Below, one piece after another: positions 52,252 to 61,107 of a stretch of DNA of 62,631 bases. The position numbers and the translations under genes were made by a program. Source of the DNA: Nitriliruptoraceae bacterium (lineage in GTDB: Bacteria > Actinomycetota > Nitriliruptoria > Nitriliruptorales > Nitriliruptoraceae); NCBI GenBank assembly GCA_007120465.1, contig SKNO01000149.1:1-62631 (forward strand), read 5' to 3'. The number at the start of each line of letters is the position of its first letter. Position 1 is the stretch's first letter. The notes under the pieces were generated by a model. It worked only from the letters and a program-made list of their open reading frames with translations, was not told the origin of the DNA and did not search any database.

Positions 52252-52271
52252 ATGATGTAGGATTACATCAT
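52252..52271 (+). promoter_or_regulatory. Inverted repeat ATGATGTA-ggat-TACATCAT overlapping the vapB start codon (candidate TA autoregulatory operator)
   Basis: Perfect 8-bp arms at 52252-52259 and 52264-52271, read directly. Confidence 0.5.
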
Positions 52272-52527
52272 GGGTCACCGGACGCAGATCACCCTGACCG
52301 ACGAGCAGTACGAACTGCTCCGCAGCGAATCGCGCCGCCGCGGGGTGGGACTCGCCGAGCTGGTGCGCCGCGCGATCGACCGCACCTACGGCAGCGTCGA
52401 TCGGGACGACCAGCTCGCCGCGCTCGAGGACAGCTTCGGCGCATGGGAGCCCGGTGACGACGGTGCGACCGTCGTCGACCGGCTACGTCGGGGCATGTCG
52501 CGCCGGCTCTCGGCGACCGACGGATGA
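52270..52527 (+). CDS. vapB: Ribbon-helix-helix (CopG/VapB-type) antitoxin
   Basis: 85 aa. N-terminal RHH pattern RTQITLTDEQYELLRSESRRRGVGLAELVRRAI. ATGA overlap with the PIN gene. Confidence 0.8.
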   Translation: MGHRTQITLTDEQYELLRSESRRRGVGLAELVRRAIDRTYGSVDRDDQLAALEDSFGAWEPGDDGATVVDRLRRGMSRRLSATDG

Positions 52528-52904
52528 CGCTGCTGCTCGACACGTCGGTGCTCATCGATCACCTCCGTGGCAACCGGGCAGCTCGGCAGGCGCTGGCCGC
52601 GGCCGTAGACGACGGTGAGCGGCTCGCCGCGTCGATGGTCGTCAAGGTCGAGGTGCTGGCGGGGATGCGGCCGGCCGAGGAACCGAGGACGCGCCGGCTG
52701 CTCGACGTGCTCGACTGGATCCCGGTCGATGACGACATCGCCGAACGTGCGGGTCTGCTCGCGAACCGCTACCTGCCATCACATCCTGGCGTGGACCCCG
52801 TCGACCACATCATCGCGGCCACGGTCGAACTCCACGACGCGGTGCTCTGGACCCGCAACCTCAAGCATTTCCCGATGTTCCCCGACCTCGAACCGCCGTA
52901 CTGA
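52524..52904 (+). CDS. vapC: PIN-domain ribonuclease toxin
   Basis: 126 aa. LLDTSVLID, VKVEVL, DHIIAAT and TRNLKHF acidic-residue pattern. Confidence 0.85.
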   Translation: MTLLLDTSVLIDHLRGNRAARQALAAAVDDGERLAASMVVKVEVLAGMRPAEEPRTRRLLDVLDWIPVDDDIAERAGLLANRYLPSHPGVDPVDHIIAATVELHDAVLWTRNLKHFPMFPDLEPPY

Positions 52905-53077
52905 CGGAGGGAGAACCCACGCGTGGGGTGGGCCGTTGACCCGCTGCCGAGTCGGACCCGCCCGAGGTGTCGTGGCCGACGAGAAGCGTTCCCGAACCTG
53001 GCAGTAACCGCCTCATGTCGATTGGATCGGCGCACCACGTCCGGGATGCTTGTAGCCATCGACACCCGCTGCCGAAC

Positions 53078-54079
53078 CTAGCGCAGCACGAACCCCAGGC
53101 CGAGTTCGTCGTCGGGGTCGAGCACGAAGGTGTGCTGGCCGGTGCGCGACGCCCGTCCCTCCACCTCGGTGTCCCAGCGGCGCACGCCGCCGCGCGGCGC
53201 GGCCTCACCGAGCAGCCGACCGAGGAAGCGGGTGTCCACGATGCTGTCGTGGACCAGGGTGTCGCCGACGGCCAACTCGCCCCGCTCTGCCAGCACCGCC
53301 AGCCGCGCCGAGGTCCCGCTGCCGCACGGCGAGCGGTCCACCTGCCCGTCGGCGAACACGGTGACGTTGCGCTGGTGCGCGTCGCCCAGCCGGTCGTAGA
53401 TGATCGTGCCGTACAGCCCGACGTCGCCGGACCCGTCGGGCAACCGCAGGTCCAGCCGCTCGTTGGCGGCCTGCTTGACGGCGCGGCCGAGGGCGATCAG
53501 CTCGGGGAGGCGGTCGGGGGCCACCTCCAGGCCGACCTGGCTGGCTGCGAGGCTGGCGTAGAAGGCGCCGCCGTACGCGACGTCCACGCGCACCTGGCGG
53601 CCGTCGAGGGGTAGCTCGACGTCCAGCGTGTGCACCAGAGCGGGCACGTTGCGGAAACGGACCGAGGTGGCGCGCCCGCCCTCGAGCGCGGCGATCGCGC
53701 GCACCCGCCCCGAGGGGACGTCGATCACGACCTCGGTCTCGGAGGCAGCGGCTCCCGGGGTGACCAGGCCCGTCTCGATCGCCCAGGTCGCCAACGCGAT
53801 CGTCCCGTGCCCGCAGGCGGTGGAGAACCCGTCGTTGTGGAAGAACACGGTGCCGAGGTCGCCCGCTTCGTCGTCAGGCGGCGTGAGGAAGCAGCCGTAC
53901 ATGTCGGCGTGCCCCCGCGGTTCGCGGCACAGCAGGGCGCGGATCGCGTCGAGGTGCGCGATCGACCAGTGGCGCCGCTCGGCGACGGTGGCGCCGCGGG
54001 GCACCGGGACCCCGGCGGTCACGATGCGGAAGGGCTCGCCACCGGTGTGGTAGTCGGCGGTGCTCACGATCGTGGTCAT
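53078..54079 (-). CDS. Proline-racemase-family enzyme (Cys/Cys type: 4-hydroxyproline epimerase or proline racemase), paralog 1
   Basis: 333 aa. TADYHTGGEPFRIV, first catalytic context STACGHGT, second DRSPCGSGTSA. Confidence 0.85.
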   Translation of the reverse strand: MTTIVSTADYHTGGEPFRIVTAGVPVPRGATVAERRHWSIAHLDAIRALLCREPRGHADMYGCFLTPPDDEAGDLGTVFFHNDGFSTACGHGTIALATWAIETGLVTPGAAASETEVVIDVPSGRVRAIAALEGGRATSVRFRNVPALVHTLDVELPLDGRQVRVDVAYGGAFYASLAASQVGLEVAPDRLPELIALGRAVKQAANERLDLRLPDGSGDVGLYGTIIYDRLGDAHQRNVTVFADGQVDRSPCGSGTSARLAVLAERGELAVGDTLVHDSIVDTRFLGRLLGEAAPRGGVRRWDTEVEGRASRTGQHTFVLDPDDELGLGFVLR

Positions 54080-54711
54080 GCCGCGTCCCCGTGGTCCTGG
54101 CGCCCGTGGCGCAGCCGGCAGGTCGCGAGGAACAGCCCGTAGCTGCGGCCGTCCCGCTCGACCGCGCCACAGGGGACGAACCGCGGTGGTGCGAACCCGG
54201 CGTCGGCCAGCTCGGCGCCGAGGTGGTCGTGATCGAAGCCGTCGTGGCCGTCGAACCCGTCACCGTGGAAGCTGCCGTCCTCCCGGTCCAGGTCGATCAC
54301 GCAGAGCGTGCCGCCGGGCGACAGCATCGTCGCGAAGGCCTGCAGCACCGGCGGCAGGTCCGGGATGTGGTGCAGGACCATCAGCCCGAGGATCAGGTCG
54401 AACCGCTCGTCGGGCACAAGATCGCGGGTCAGGTCGAGGTCGAGGATCCGGGCGTCCGGGAGGACGCCGGCAGCCACCTTCGCGTGCAGCACCTCGCGCA
54501 TCCCGGCGGAGGGTTCGGCGAGGGTGAGCGGACCGACGTCGGGGGCGAGCTGCTGCGCGAGCAGCCCTGTTCCCGCGCCGTACTCCAGCACCCGGGTGCC
54601 ACGGTCGAGGGCGACGGTCGACCGCACCTGCGCGGCCGCTCGCCGGGCCCGCTCGTGCTTCGTGGGATCGTCGTCCCACGTGGCGGCGCGCTCGTCGAAG
54701 GAGCTGGTCAT
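54076..54711 (-). CDS. Class I SAM-dependent methyltransferase
   Basis: 211 aa. VLEYGAGTGLL motif I. Stop overlaps the start of the racemase paralog (ATGA). Confidence 0.85.
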   Translation of the reverse strand: MTSSFDERAATWDDDPTKHERARRAAAQVRSTVALDRGTRVLEYGAGTGLLAQQLAPDVGPLTLAEPSAGMREVLHAKVAAGVLPDARILDLDLTRDLVPDERFDLILGLMVLHHIPDLPPVLQAFATMLSPGGTLCVIDLDREDGSFHGDGFDGHDGFDHDHLGAELADAGFAPPRFVPCGAVERDGRSYGLFLATCRLRHGRQDHGDAA

Positions 54712-54847
54712 CGGGCACGTCTCCCCTCGGCGGCGGACGCCGAGAGCCTACGCCAGCGACCGCGCCGCCTCCGCTCGACGGACGTCGGATGGTTCCGACC
54801 CCGCGTCCTACGATCATGGGAACGTGGCGGATCGCGAGGAGGTGGCG

Positions 54848-56065
54848 GTGCCGTCGGAGCTGCAACGGCTGGTGGACGCGGTCGCCGAGCGGACCGGCCG
54901 CGCGGTCGTGCTGGAGGACCACCGCCAGCGGATGATCGTCTACAGCCAGCACGACGACCCCCTGGACCGGGTCCGCTCCGAGTCGATCCTGAGCCGGCGT
55001 ACCCGCCCCGAGGTGGTGGCGTGGTTGCGTGGCCACGGCATCGCCTCCGCGACCGGTCCGGTGCGCACCCCCGCCCGGAAGGAGCTCGGGCTGCTGCCGC
55101 GGGTGTGCGTCCCGATCCGCCACCAGGGGCTGCTCCTGGGGTTCCTGTGGTTCGTGGACCGGGACGCGTCGATGTCCGACGAGGAGCTCGGGCCGGTGAC
55201 CGCGTCCCTGGACCGGTTCGCGCTGGCGTTGTACCGCGAGAACCTCGCGGGCGAGCTGGCGAGCAACCGGGTCGCCGAGGCGATCCGCAACCTGCTGTCC
55301 AGCGATCCCGACGTGCCGCTCCACGCGGCCCAGGAGCTGCTCGCCGAGGGCCGGTTCGCCCAGGACGCGCCGGTGGTCGCGCTGGTCGCCCGACCGGTGC
55401 TGGCGGCGGACCGTCCGGACGAGTACCTGCGCCTCGCGATCGAGCAGGCGCTCGTCGCGGTGCGGCGCGGCGTCGGTGGTCACGCCGCCCTGCACCTGGT
55501 CCGGTTCGACCATGGGGTGCTGCTGGTCCCCGTCGGAGAGGCCACCACCTCGACCTCCGTGCGTGCGCTCGCGCAGGCGCTGGCCGAGGAGCTCGACCGT
55601 GCCGTGCAGGGCCTCGCCGGCGTCACCGATGTCCTGGTCGGGGTCGGGACGCCGCGGGCGGAGCTGGCCACCGTCCGCGGGTCCTACGAGGAGGCCCGGC
55701 AGGCGGCGGAGGTCGCGGTCCACCTCCCGGTGGCGGGACCGGTCGCCGAGTGGGCACGGCTCGGGGTCTACCGCGCGCTCACCCACCTCTCCGCCGAGCA
55801 GCTCGCGGCGACGACCCTGCATCCCGGGCTCGAGCGGCTGCTCGCCGACGCGCGGGCCACGGCCCTCGTCGACACCCTGGAGACCTTCCTGGACCTGGCC
55901 GGCAACGTCCAGTCCACGGCCCGTGCGCTGTCGCTGCACCGCACCTCCCTGTACCACCGGCTCGGCCGGATCGAGCAGCTGTGCGACACCGACCTGCGCG
56001 ACGGCAACGAACGGCTCGCGCTGCACCTCGGACTGAAGCTGGCGCGGTTGACGGGACGGCGCTGA
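54848..56065 (+). CDS. PucR/CdaR-family helix-turn-helix regulator
   Basis: GTG at 54848, 5 nt after GAGGAGG; alternative in-frame GTGs at 54824 and 54842. C-terminal HTH ARALSLHRTSLYHRLGRIEQL. Confidence 0.8.
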   Translation: MPSELQRLVDAVAERTGRAVVLEDHRQRMIVYSQHDDPLDRVRSESILSRRTRPEVVAWLRGHGIASATGPVRTPARKELGLLPRVCVPIRHQGLLLGFLWFVDRDASMSDEELGPVTASLDRFALALYRENLAGELASNRVAEAIRNLLSSDPDVPLHAAQELLAEGRFAQDAPVVALVARPVLAADRPDEYLRLAIEQALVAVRRGVGGHAALHLVRFDHGVLLVPVGEATTSTSVRALAQALAEELDRAVQGLAGVTDVLVGVGTPRAELATVRGSYEEARQAAEVAVHLPVAGPVAEWARLGVYRALTHLSAEQLAATTLHPGLERLLADARATALVDTLETFLDLAGNVQSTARALSLHRTSLYHRLGRIEQLCDTDLRDGNERLALHLGLKLARLTGRR

Positions 56066-56196
56066 CCTCCGGCACCTGGTCTGGGGCCGATGGCACCGCC
56101 CGGCCGGTGCCGGACGACCGTGGTGGCATCGCCGGTGCGGCCGTAGCGTCCAGAGCGTTCCGCCCGACATCCGACGAGGACGAGAACGGGGTTCCC

Positions 56197-56967
56197 ATGG
56201 CACGCACGGATCTGCACGACAAGGTCGCGATCGTCACCGGCGCCGGTGTGGGCATGGGTGCGGCCACGGCACGCCTGTTCGCCCAGCAGGGCGCGAAGGT
56301 GATCGTCGCCGACATCGACGAGACGACCGGCCAGGCCACCGTGGACGCGATCGTGGAGGCGGGCGGGACCGCGTCCTTCGTCCACGTGGACGTCTCCCAG
56401 GCGGAGGACGTGGCCGCCATGGTGCAGGCGGCCGTCGACCGCTACGGCCGGCTCGACTGCGCCGTGAACAACGCGGCCGTCACCCCCGACACCCACCCGA
56501 TCGCCGAGATGGACGAGGACGAGTTCGACCGGGTCATCGCGGTGGACCTCAAGGGGGTGGCGCTGTCGATGTGGGCCGAGCTGCGTCAGCTGCTCGCCCA
56601 GGGCGACGGCGGTGCGATCGTCAACATCGGCTCGGTGAGCTCCTTCCGGCCGCAGCCGAACAACGCCGCCTACACGGCGGCGAAGCACGGGGTCATCGGC
56701 CTGACCAAGGTCGCGTCCCTCGAGAACGCCGAGCACGGCATCCGCGTCAACGCCGTCTGCCCGGGCGCGATCGACACACCGATGCTGCGCGGCGCCCTCG
56801 AGACGATCGGTGCGACCGAGGAGGAGTTCGCGCCGGCGCTGAGCCTGTTCGGCCGGTTCGGGCAGCCGGAGGAGGTGGCCGAGGCCAACGCGTGGCTGTG
56901 CTCGGACGCCGCGTCGTACATCACCGGTGCCGCGCTCATGGTCGACGCTGGCTACACGTCGAGGTAG
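56197..56967 (+). CDS. Short-chain dehydrogenase/reductase (SDR)
   Basis: ATG at 56197 inside the spurious 958-aa ORF. TGAGVGMG cofactor motif, NNAA, catalytic YTAAKHG. Confidence 0.9.
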   Translation: MARTDLHDKVAIVTGAGVGMGAATARLFAQQGAKVIVADIDETTGQATVDAIVEAGGTASFVHVDVSQAEDVAAMVQAAVDRYGRLDCAVNNAAVTPDTHPIAEMDEDEFDRVIAVDLKGVALSMWAELRQLLAQGDGGAIVNIGSVSSFRPQPNNAAYTAAKHGVIGLTKVASLENAEHGIRVNAVCPGAIDTPMLRGALETIGATEEEFAPALSLFGRFGQPEEVAEANAWLCSDAASYITGAALMVDAGYTSR

Positions 56968-56988
56968 CGGCCCGCAGGCGTGCGTCCC

Positions 56989-57017
56989 CCACCCCGCGGC
57001 CCCGCGCCGCGGGGTGG
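56989..57017. terminator. Bidirectional GC hairpin CCACCCCGCGG-ccccgcg-CCGCGGGGTGG between convergent genes
   Basis: Perfect 11-bp stem with a 7-nt loop, read directly. Confidence 0.6.
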
Positions 57018-57073
57018 TCCGCCCGCACTCCCGGTCGCCGCCGGCGGCCGTGCCACCAAGACGTCGCTGCCCG

Positions 57074-58459
57074 TCACAGCCTCCCGAGAGCGACCGGGTC
57101 GGCGACCGCGCGGTGGGCGAGCCCGCCAGCGTCCGCGGGGGGACGGCCCGTCGCGTGCCGGAGCAGGTCGGCGACCGTCGATCCGCACATGGCGGCTTGG
57201 CACAGCCCCATGCCGCAGCGGGTCGTGAGCTTCACCGACCGCAGGTCGCGGGCGTCGAGCTCGGCGATCGCGTCCCGCACCCGGCCGTAGGGCACCTCCT
57301 CGCAGCGGCACACGAGGGTGTCGTCGTCGAGCCACGTGATCCACCCCTCGCGGATCGGAGTGGCGCGCAGCAGCGCCTCCGCGGCACGCCGCTCGCGGTC
57401 CCGGCGTCGGACCAGTCGCCGCACGCGAACGCGATCCACCGCGTACCCGGCCCGATCGGCAGCGGCGGCACCGGCCACCGCCCCCTCGAGCGTGGCGACG
57501 GTGGCACCGGCGATGCCGGTCACCTCCCCGGCGGCGAGGACCCGGTCGACGGTGGTGCGCTGGGCGGCGTCCACCCGCACCGCCTCCTCCACGGTGAGCG
57601 CGCAGCCGAGCGCCGCCGCGGTCCCGACGTTGGGGACGAAGCCGAAGGACACGCACACGGCGTCCACCGGCTCGGTCCGGAGGGTGCCCGGGACGATCCG
57701 CCAGTCGGGGTCCACCTCGGCGACCACGGCACGCTCCACCTGACCGTCCCCCTCGACCCGGATCACGGCCCGGTTCGGCAGGTACGGCACCCGCGCGCGG
57801 GCGAGCTCGGCGAGATGACCGGCGGCCTCCATCGGTTTCCCGGGGGAGAGCACGGCGGCGGGTGCGGCGGACAGCCAGGTCGTCGGGCCGCTCGCATCCA
57901 GCACGGCGGCGACGGGCGTCCCGGCGGCGAGCAGCGTGCTGGACGACGCGAGCAGCAGCGGACCGGTCCCGGCCACCAGCACCCGCAGGCCCGGCCGGAC
58001 CCCCTGGCCCTTGATCAGCGCCTGTGCGGCGCCCACGGTCAGCACCCCCGGCAGGTCCCAGCCGGGGAAGGGCAGCACCCGCTCGGTCGCGCCGGTGGCC
58101 AGCACGAGGGTCCGGCCGGTGACGGTCGCCCGGTGGGCACCGGTGGTGTGCACCCGGACGCCGTCGCGGTCACGCTCGACCAGCCAGGCGCGCGTGGCGG
58201 CGAGGTGGCGGATGCGGGGGTGGGTCGTGAAGGCGCGGAAGCGGGCCGTCGCGGCGCGCCAGCCGTGGTGCAGTACGCCGGGACGCGCCGCGCCGGCTTC
58301 CCGCGGGAGCTGCCGGTGGTACTGCCCGCCGGGACGCTCGCCGGCGTCGATCACCGTCACGGTGGCGCCCGCGTCGGCAGCGGCGAGCGCGGCGGGTACC
58401 CCGGCCGGTCCGGCGCCGAGCACCACGACGTCGACGGGTGGGGTCGTCTCAGCGCGCAT
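57074..58459 (-). CDS. NAD(P)/FAD oxidoreductase with a BFD-like [2Fe-2S] domain (D-hydroxyproline dehydrogenase alpha / opine oxidase A / HcnB-like)
   Basis: 461 aa. VVVLGAGPAG fold and C-terminal CRCE...TRCGMGLCQAAMC. Confidence 0.8.
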   Translation of the reverse strand: MRAETTPPVDVVVLGAGPAGVPAALAAADAGATVTVIDAGERPGGQYHRQLPREAGAARPGVLHHGWRAATARFRAFTTHPRIRHLAATRAWLVERDRDGVRVHTTGAHRATVTGRTLVLATGATERVLPFPGWDLPGVLTVGAAQALIKGQGVRPGLRVLVAGTGPLLLASSSTLLAAGTPVAAVLDASGPTTWLSAAPAAVLSPGKPMEAAGHLAELARARVPYLPNRAVIRVEGDGQVERAVVAEVDPDWRIVPGTLRTEPVDAVCVSFGFVPNVGTAAALGCALTVEEAVRVDAAQRTTVDRVLAAGEVTGIAGATVATLEGAVAGAAAADRAGYAVDRVRVRRLVRRRDRERRAAEALLRATPIREGWITWLDDDTLVCRCEEVPYGRVRDAIAELDARDLRSVKLTTRCGMGLCQAAMCGSTVADLLRHATGRPPADAGGLAHRAVADPVALGRL

Positions 58460-58859
58460 CGGGCGCCTCCCCGTCGTCGGAGCCGATGGTCGTCGCCGGG
58501 TCGGCGGCGGAGGCCGCTCCCGGCACGTCCAGGTCGCCGGGCGTCACCTCCACGCCGGGGGATGCCGGCGTCAGACAGGCCCGCACCGGCCGGCCGCCGT
58601 CGACCCGGACGAGGCAGTCGAAGCAGGTCCCGATCGCGCAGAACAAGCCGCGTGGCCGCCCACCGACCCGGGTCGTGCGCAGCCGGCGGTGGCCGGCGGC
58701 GAGCAGAGCGGCGGCGATCGTCTCGCCGGGGTGGGCCCGGACCTCCGCGCCGTCGGAGCGGAAGGTGAAGGCCGGACCACGCACGATCCCGACCGGATCG
58801 TCGGCACCGACCACGCGCAGGTCGGGGACCCTGGGGTGTCCGGCGTCGCGGTCAGTCAT
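58449..58859 (-). CDS. (2Fe-2S)-binding small subunit (D-hydroxyproline dehydrogenase gamma / HcnA-like)
   Basis: Start ATG 58859 (ATGACTGA overlap with the upstream gene); a later start is possible. GLFCAIGTCFDCLVRVDG...ACLT cysteine pattern. Confidence 0.75.
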   Translation of the reverse strand: MTDRDAGHPRVPDLRVVGADDPVGIVRGPAFTFRSDGAEVRAHPGETIAAALLAAGHRRLRTTRVGGRPRGLFCAIGTCFDCLVRVDGGRPVRACLTPASPGVEVTPGDLDVPGAASAADPATTIGSDDGEAPDAR

Positions 58860-60027
58860 CGGCCACCTCGACGTCACGGCGCAGGGCGGGGCGGTCGGGG
58901 CGGAAGGGCGCGGGGTCGACCGACGCCGCGCGGCCGGTGATCAGGTCGCGGACCAGCACGCCGGTGGCGGGCGAGAGGCCGATGCCCGCACCCTCGTGGC
59001 CGTTGGCCTGCACGAAGCCGGGCACCGCCGGGTCCTCGCCGATCGCCGGGAGGTGGTCTGGCAGCCACGGGCGGAACCCGACGTAGGCCCGCATCAGTCG
59101 CACCGCCGCCAGCACCGGGAACAGGCGCGTCGCCCGGTCCGCGATCGCGCGGACCACCTCGCCGTCGATGCGTCGGTCGTACCCGACGAACTCGCGACTG
59201 GAGCCGAGGAGCAGCGTGCCGGCCCGGGTCGACTCCACCACGGTCGAGACCTCCGCCGCATCGGGGTCGGTGTCCGCCACGAGGGTGCCGACGTAGTCGG
59301 CCTCGTACACCTTGTGGTGGACCAGCGGCTCGCAGGGTTCGGTGACCAGGATGTGGCCGCGGCGCGGCGCGATCGGCAGGTCGATACCGACCAGCGCGCT
59401 GACCTCACCGCTCCAGGGGCCGGCGGCGTTGACCACCCACCGGGTCGGGAAGGTGCCGCGGGTCGTGGTCACCGACGCGATCTGCCCGTCGCCGTCGAGC
59501 CCGATCGCGGTCACCTCGGCCCGGGGGACGACGCTGGCGCCGAGTTCGCGGGCGCGACGCAGCAGGGCCGCCGACGCCAGCACCGGCTGGACCTGGGCAT
59601 CCTGCGGGTAGTGCACGCCCAGCACCAGGTCGGGAGCCAGGTGCGGTTCCAGGGCGTGCAGGTCCTCACCGGCCACCTCGTCGGCGGTGAGACCGGCGTT
59701 CCGCTGCTCGGCTGCGAACCGGCGCAACCCCGCGGCCTGCCCGTCGTCGGCGGCCACCACCAGCCCGCCCTTCGGGTCGAACTCGAGGTCCGCGTCGAGC
59801 TCCGCGTCGAGCTCGGCCCACCGTGCCACGCTGGCCCGGGCGAGCTCCAACTCCGCGCCCGGCCCCTTGTCGGACACCAGGATGTTGCCCTCCCCGGACG
59901 CGGTGGTGCCGGCGGTCAGGTGCCCGCGGTCCACGACCGTCACGGTGAGCCCGGCCGACGCGAGCTCGTAGGCGCAGCAGGCCCCGACCAGCCCGCTGCC
60001 GATCACGACGACGTCGGTCACGGTCAT
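58852..60027 (-). CDS. FAD-dependent oxidoreductase (DAO family; D-hydroxyproline dehydrogenase beta-like)
   Basis: ATG at 60027 (MTVTDVVVIGSGLVGACCAYEL) within ORF 58852..60768. ATGA overlap with the epimerase gene. Confidence 0.85.
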   Translation of the reverse strand: MTVTDVVVIGSGLVGACCAYELASAGLTVTVVDRGHLTAGTTASGEGNILVSDKGPGAELELARASVARWAELDAELDADLEFDPKGGLVVAADDGQAAGLRRFAAEQRNAGLTADEVAGEDLHALEPHLAPDLVLGVHYPQDAQVQPVLASAALLRRARELGASVVPRAEVTAIGLDGDGQIASVTTTRGTFPTRWVVNAAGPWSGEVSALVGIDLPIAPRRGHILVTEPCEPLVHHKVYEADYVGTLVADTDPDAAEVSTVVESTRAGTLLLGSSREFVGYDRRIDGEVVRAIADRATRLFPVLAAVRLMRAYVGFRPWLPDHLPAIGEDPAVPGFVQANGHEGAGIGLSPATGVLVRDLITGRAASVDPAPFRPDRPALRRDVEVADD

Positions 60028-61037
60028 GTCGCCCCGATCAGGAACCCCGTCGGGTACGGGTCGTCGGGGTCCAGCAGGTACGTCGAGGTACCGGTGATCC
60101 AGGCACGGCCGGTGATCGTCGGCACGACCGCGTCGCGGCCGCCGACGGAGGTCTCCTGCACCAGGCGGCCGGTGAAGCGGCTGTCGATCAGCGACGCGTG
60201 CACGAAGGGGGTGTCCAGCGCGAGTTGCCCCCGCGCGTGGAGCTGGGCCATCCGTGCCGAGGTCCCGGTCCCGCAGGGGGAGCGGTCGATCCACCCGGGG
60301 TGGATCACGGTCGCCGCACGCCCGTCGGCCCCGTCGCCACCGGGCGCGGTGAGGATCACGTGCTCGATGCCGCGGATCCGGTCGTCCTCTGGGTGGACGG
60401 GCGCGACCTGCTCGTCCATCGCCCGGACCACCTGCATGCCGCGTTCGATCAGCCGGGGCGCCTGTGCGGGGTCGAGTTCCAGCCCGAGGTCGGCGACGGG
60501 CATGATCCCGTAGAAGTTGCCGCCGAACGCGACGTCGACCGTGACCTGGCCGATGCCCTCGCCCGCGTCGATGGTGCGGTCGGTGGCGTACAGGAACGAC
60601 GGCACGTTGCGGATCGTCACGCTGCGCGCCACGCCGTCGTCGACCGCGACCTCGGCGACCACGACTCCGGCCGGCGTCTCGAGCCGGATCGTGGTGGTGG
60701 GCTCGGTCACCGCGACCATCCCGGTCTCGACCAGCACCGTGCACACGCCGATCGTGCCGTGGCCACACATCGCGAGGCAGCCGGACACCTCGATGAACAG
60801 CACCGCGACGTCGGCGTCGGGGCGGGTGGGCGGTTGCAGGATCGCCCCCGACATCGCGCTGTGCCCGCGGGGCTCGAACATCAGCAGCGTGCGCAGGTCG
60901 TCGCGGTCACGCTCGAAGTTGGCGCGCCGCTCCAGCATCGAATCGCCGGGCAGCACGCCGACCCCGCCGGTGATGACCCGGGTCGGCATCCCCTCGGTGT
61001 GGGAGTCGACCGCCTGGATCGCGACCGTGGATCTCAT
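60024..61037 (-). CDS. 4-hydroxyproline 2-epimerase (proline-racemase family, Cys/Cys), paralog 2
   Basis: 337 aa. AVDSHTEGMPTRVI, LAMCGHGTIG, DRSPCGTGTSA. Confidence 0.85.
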   Translation of the reverse strand: MRSTVAIQAVDSHTEGMPTRVITGGVGVLPGDSMLERRANFERDRDDLRTLLMFEPRGHSAMSGAILQPPTRPDADVAVLFIEVSGCLAMCGHGTIGVCTVLVETGMVAVTEPTTTIRLETPAGVVVAEVAVDDGVARSVTIRNVPSFLYATDRTIDAGEGIGQVTVDVAFGGNFYGIMPVADLGLELDPAQAPRLIERGMQVVRAMDEQVAPVHPEDDRIRGIEHVILTAPGGDGADGRAATVIHPGWIDRSPCGTGTSARMAQLHARGQLALDTPFVHASLIDSRFTGRLVQETSVGGRDAVVPTITGRAWITGTSTYLLDPDDPYPTGFLIGAT

Positions 61038-61107
61038 CGCCGCCCCCTGTCGGTGCGCGTCGCTCGTCGTCGCGTGGTGCCTCGTCGTGTGAGGCGTCCC
61101 GGCCCGG

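Noticed and set aside
51995-52255. Small ORFs in the islet spacer (51995..52234 minus, 52070..52255 plus) as a possible antitoxin or partner of the GNAT or VapBC
   Set aside because: No RHH, DUF1778 or other recognisable pattern, no ribosome-binding site, and atypical composition. Treated as non-coding.
54091-56196. First ~700 codons of the 958-aa ORF 54091..56967
   Set aside because: Only the last 256 codons (from ATG 56197) form an SDR. The upstream part overlaps the methyltransferase (antisense) and the PucR regulator (another frame) and has artefact composition.
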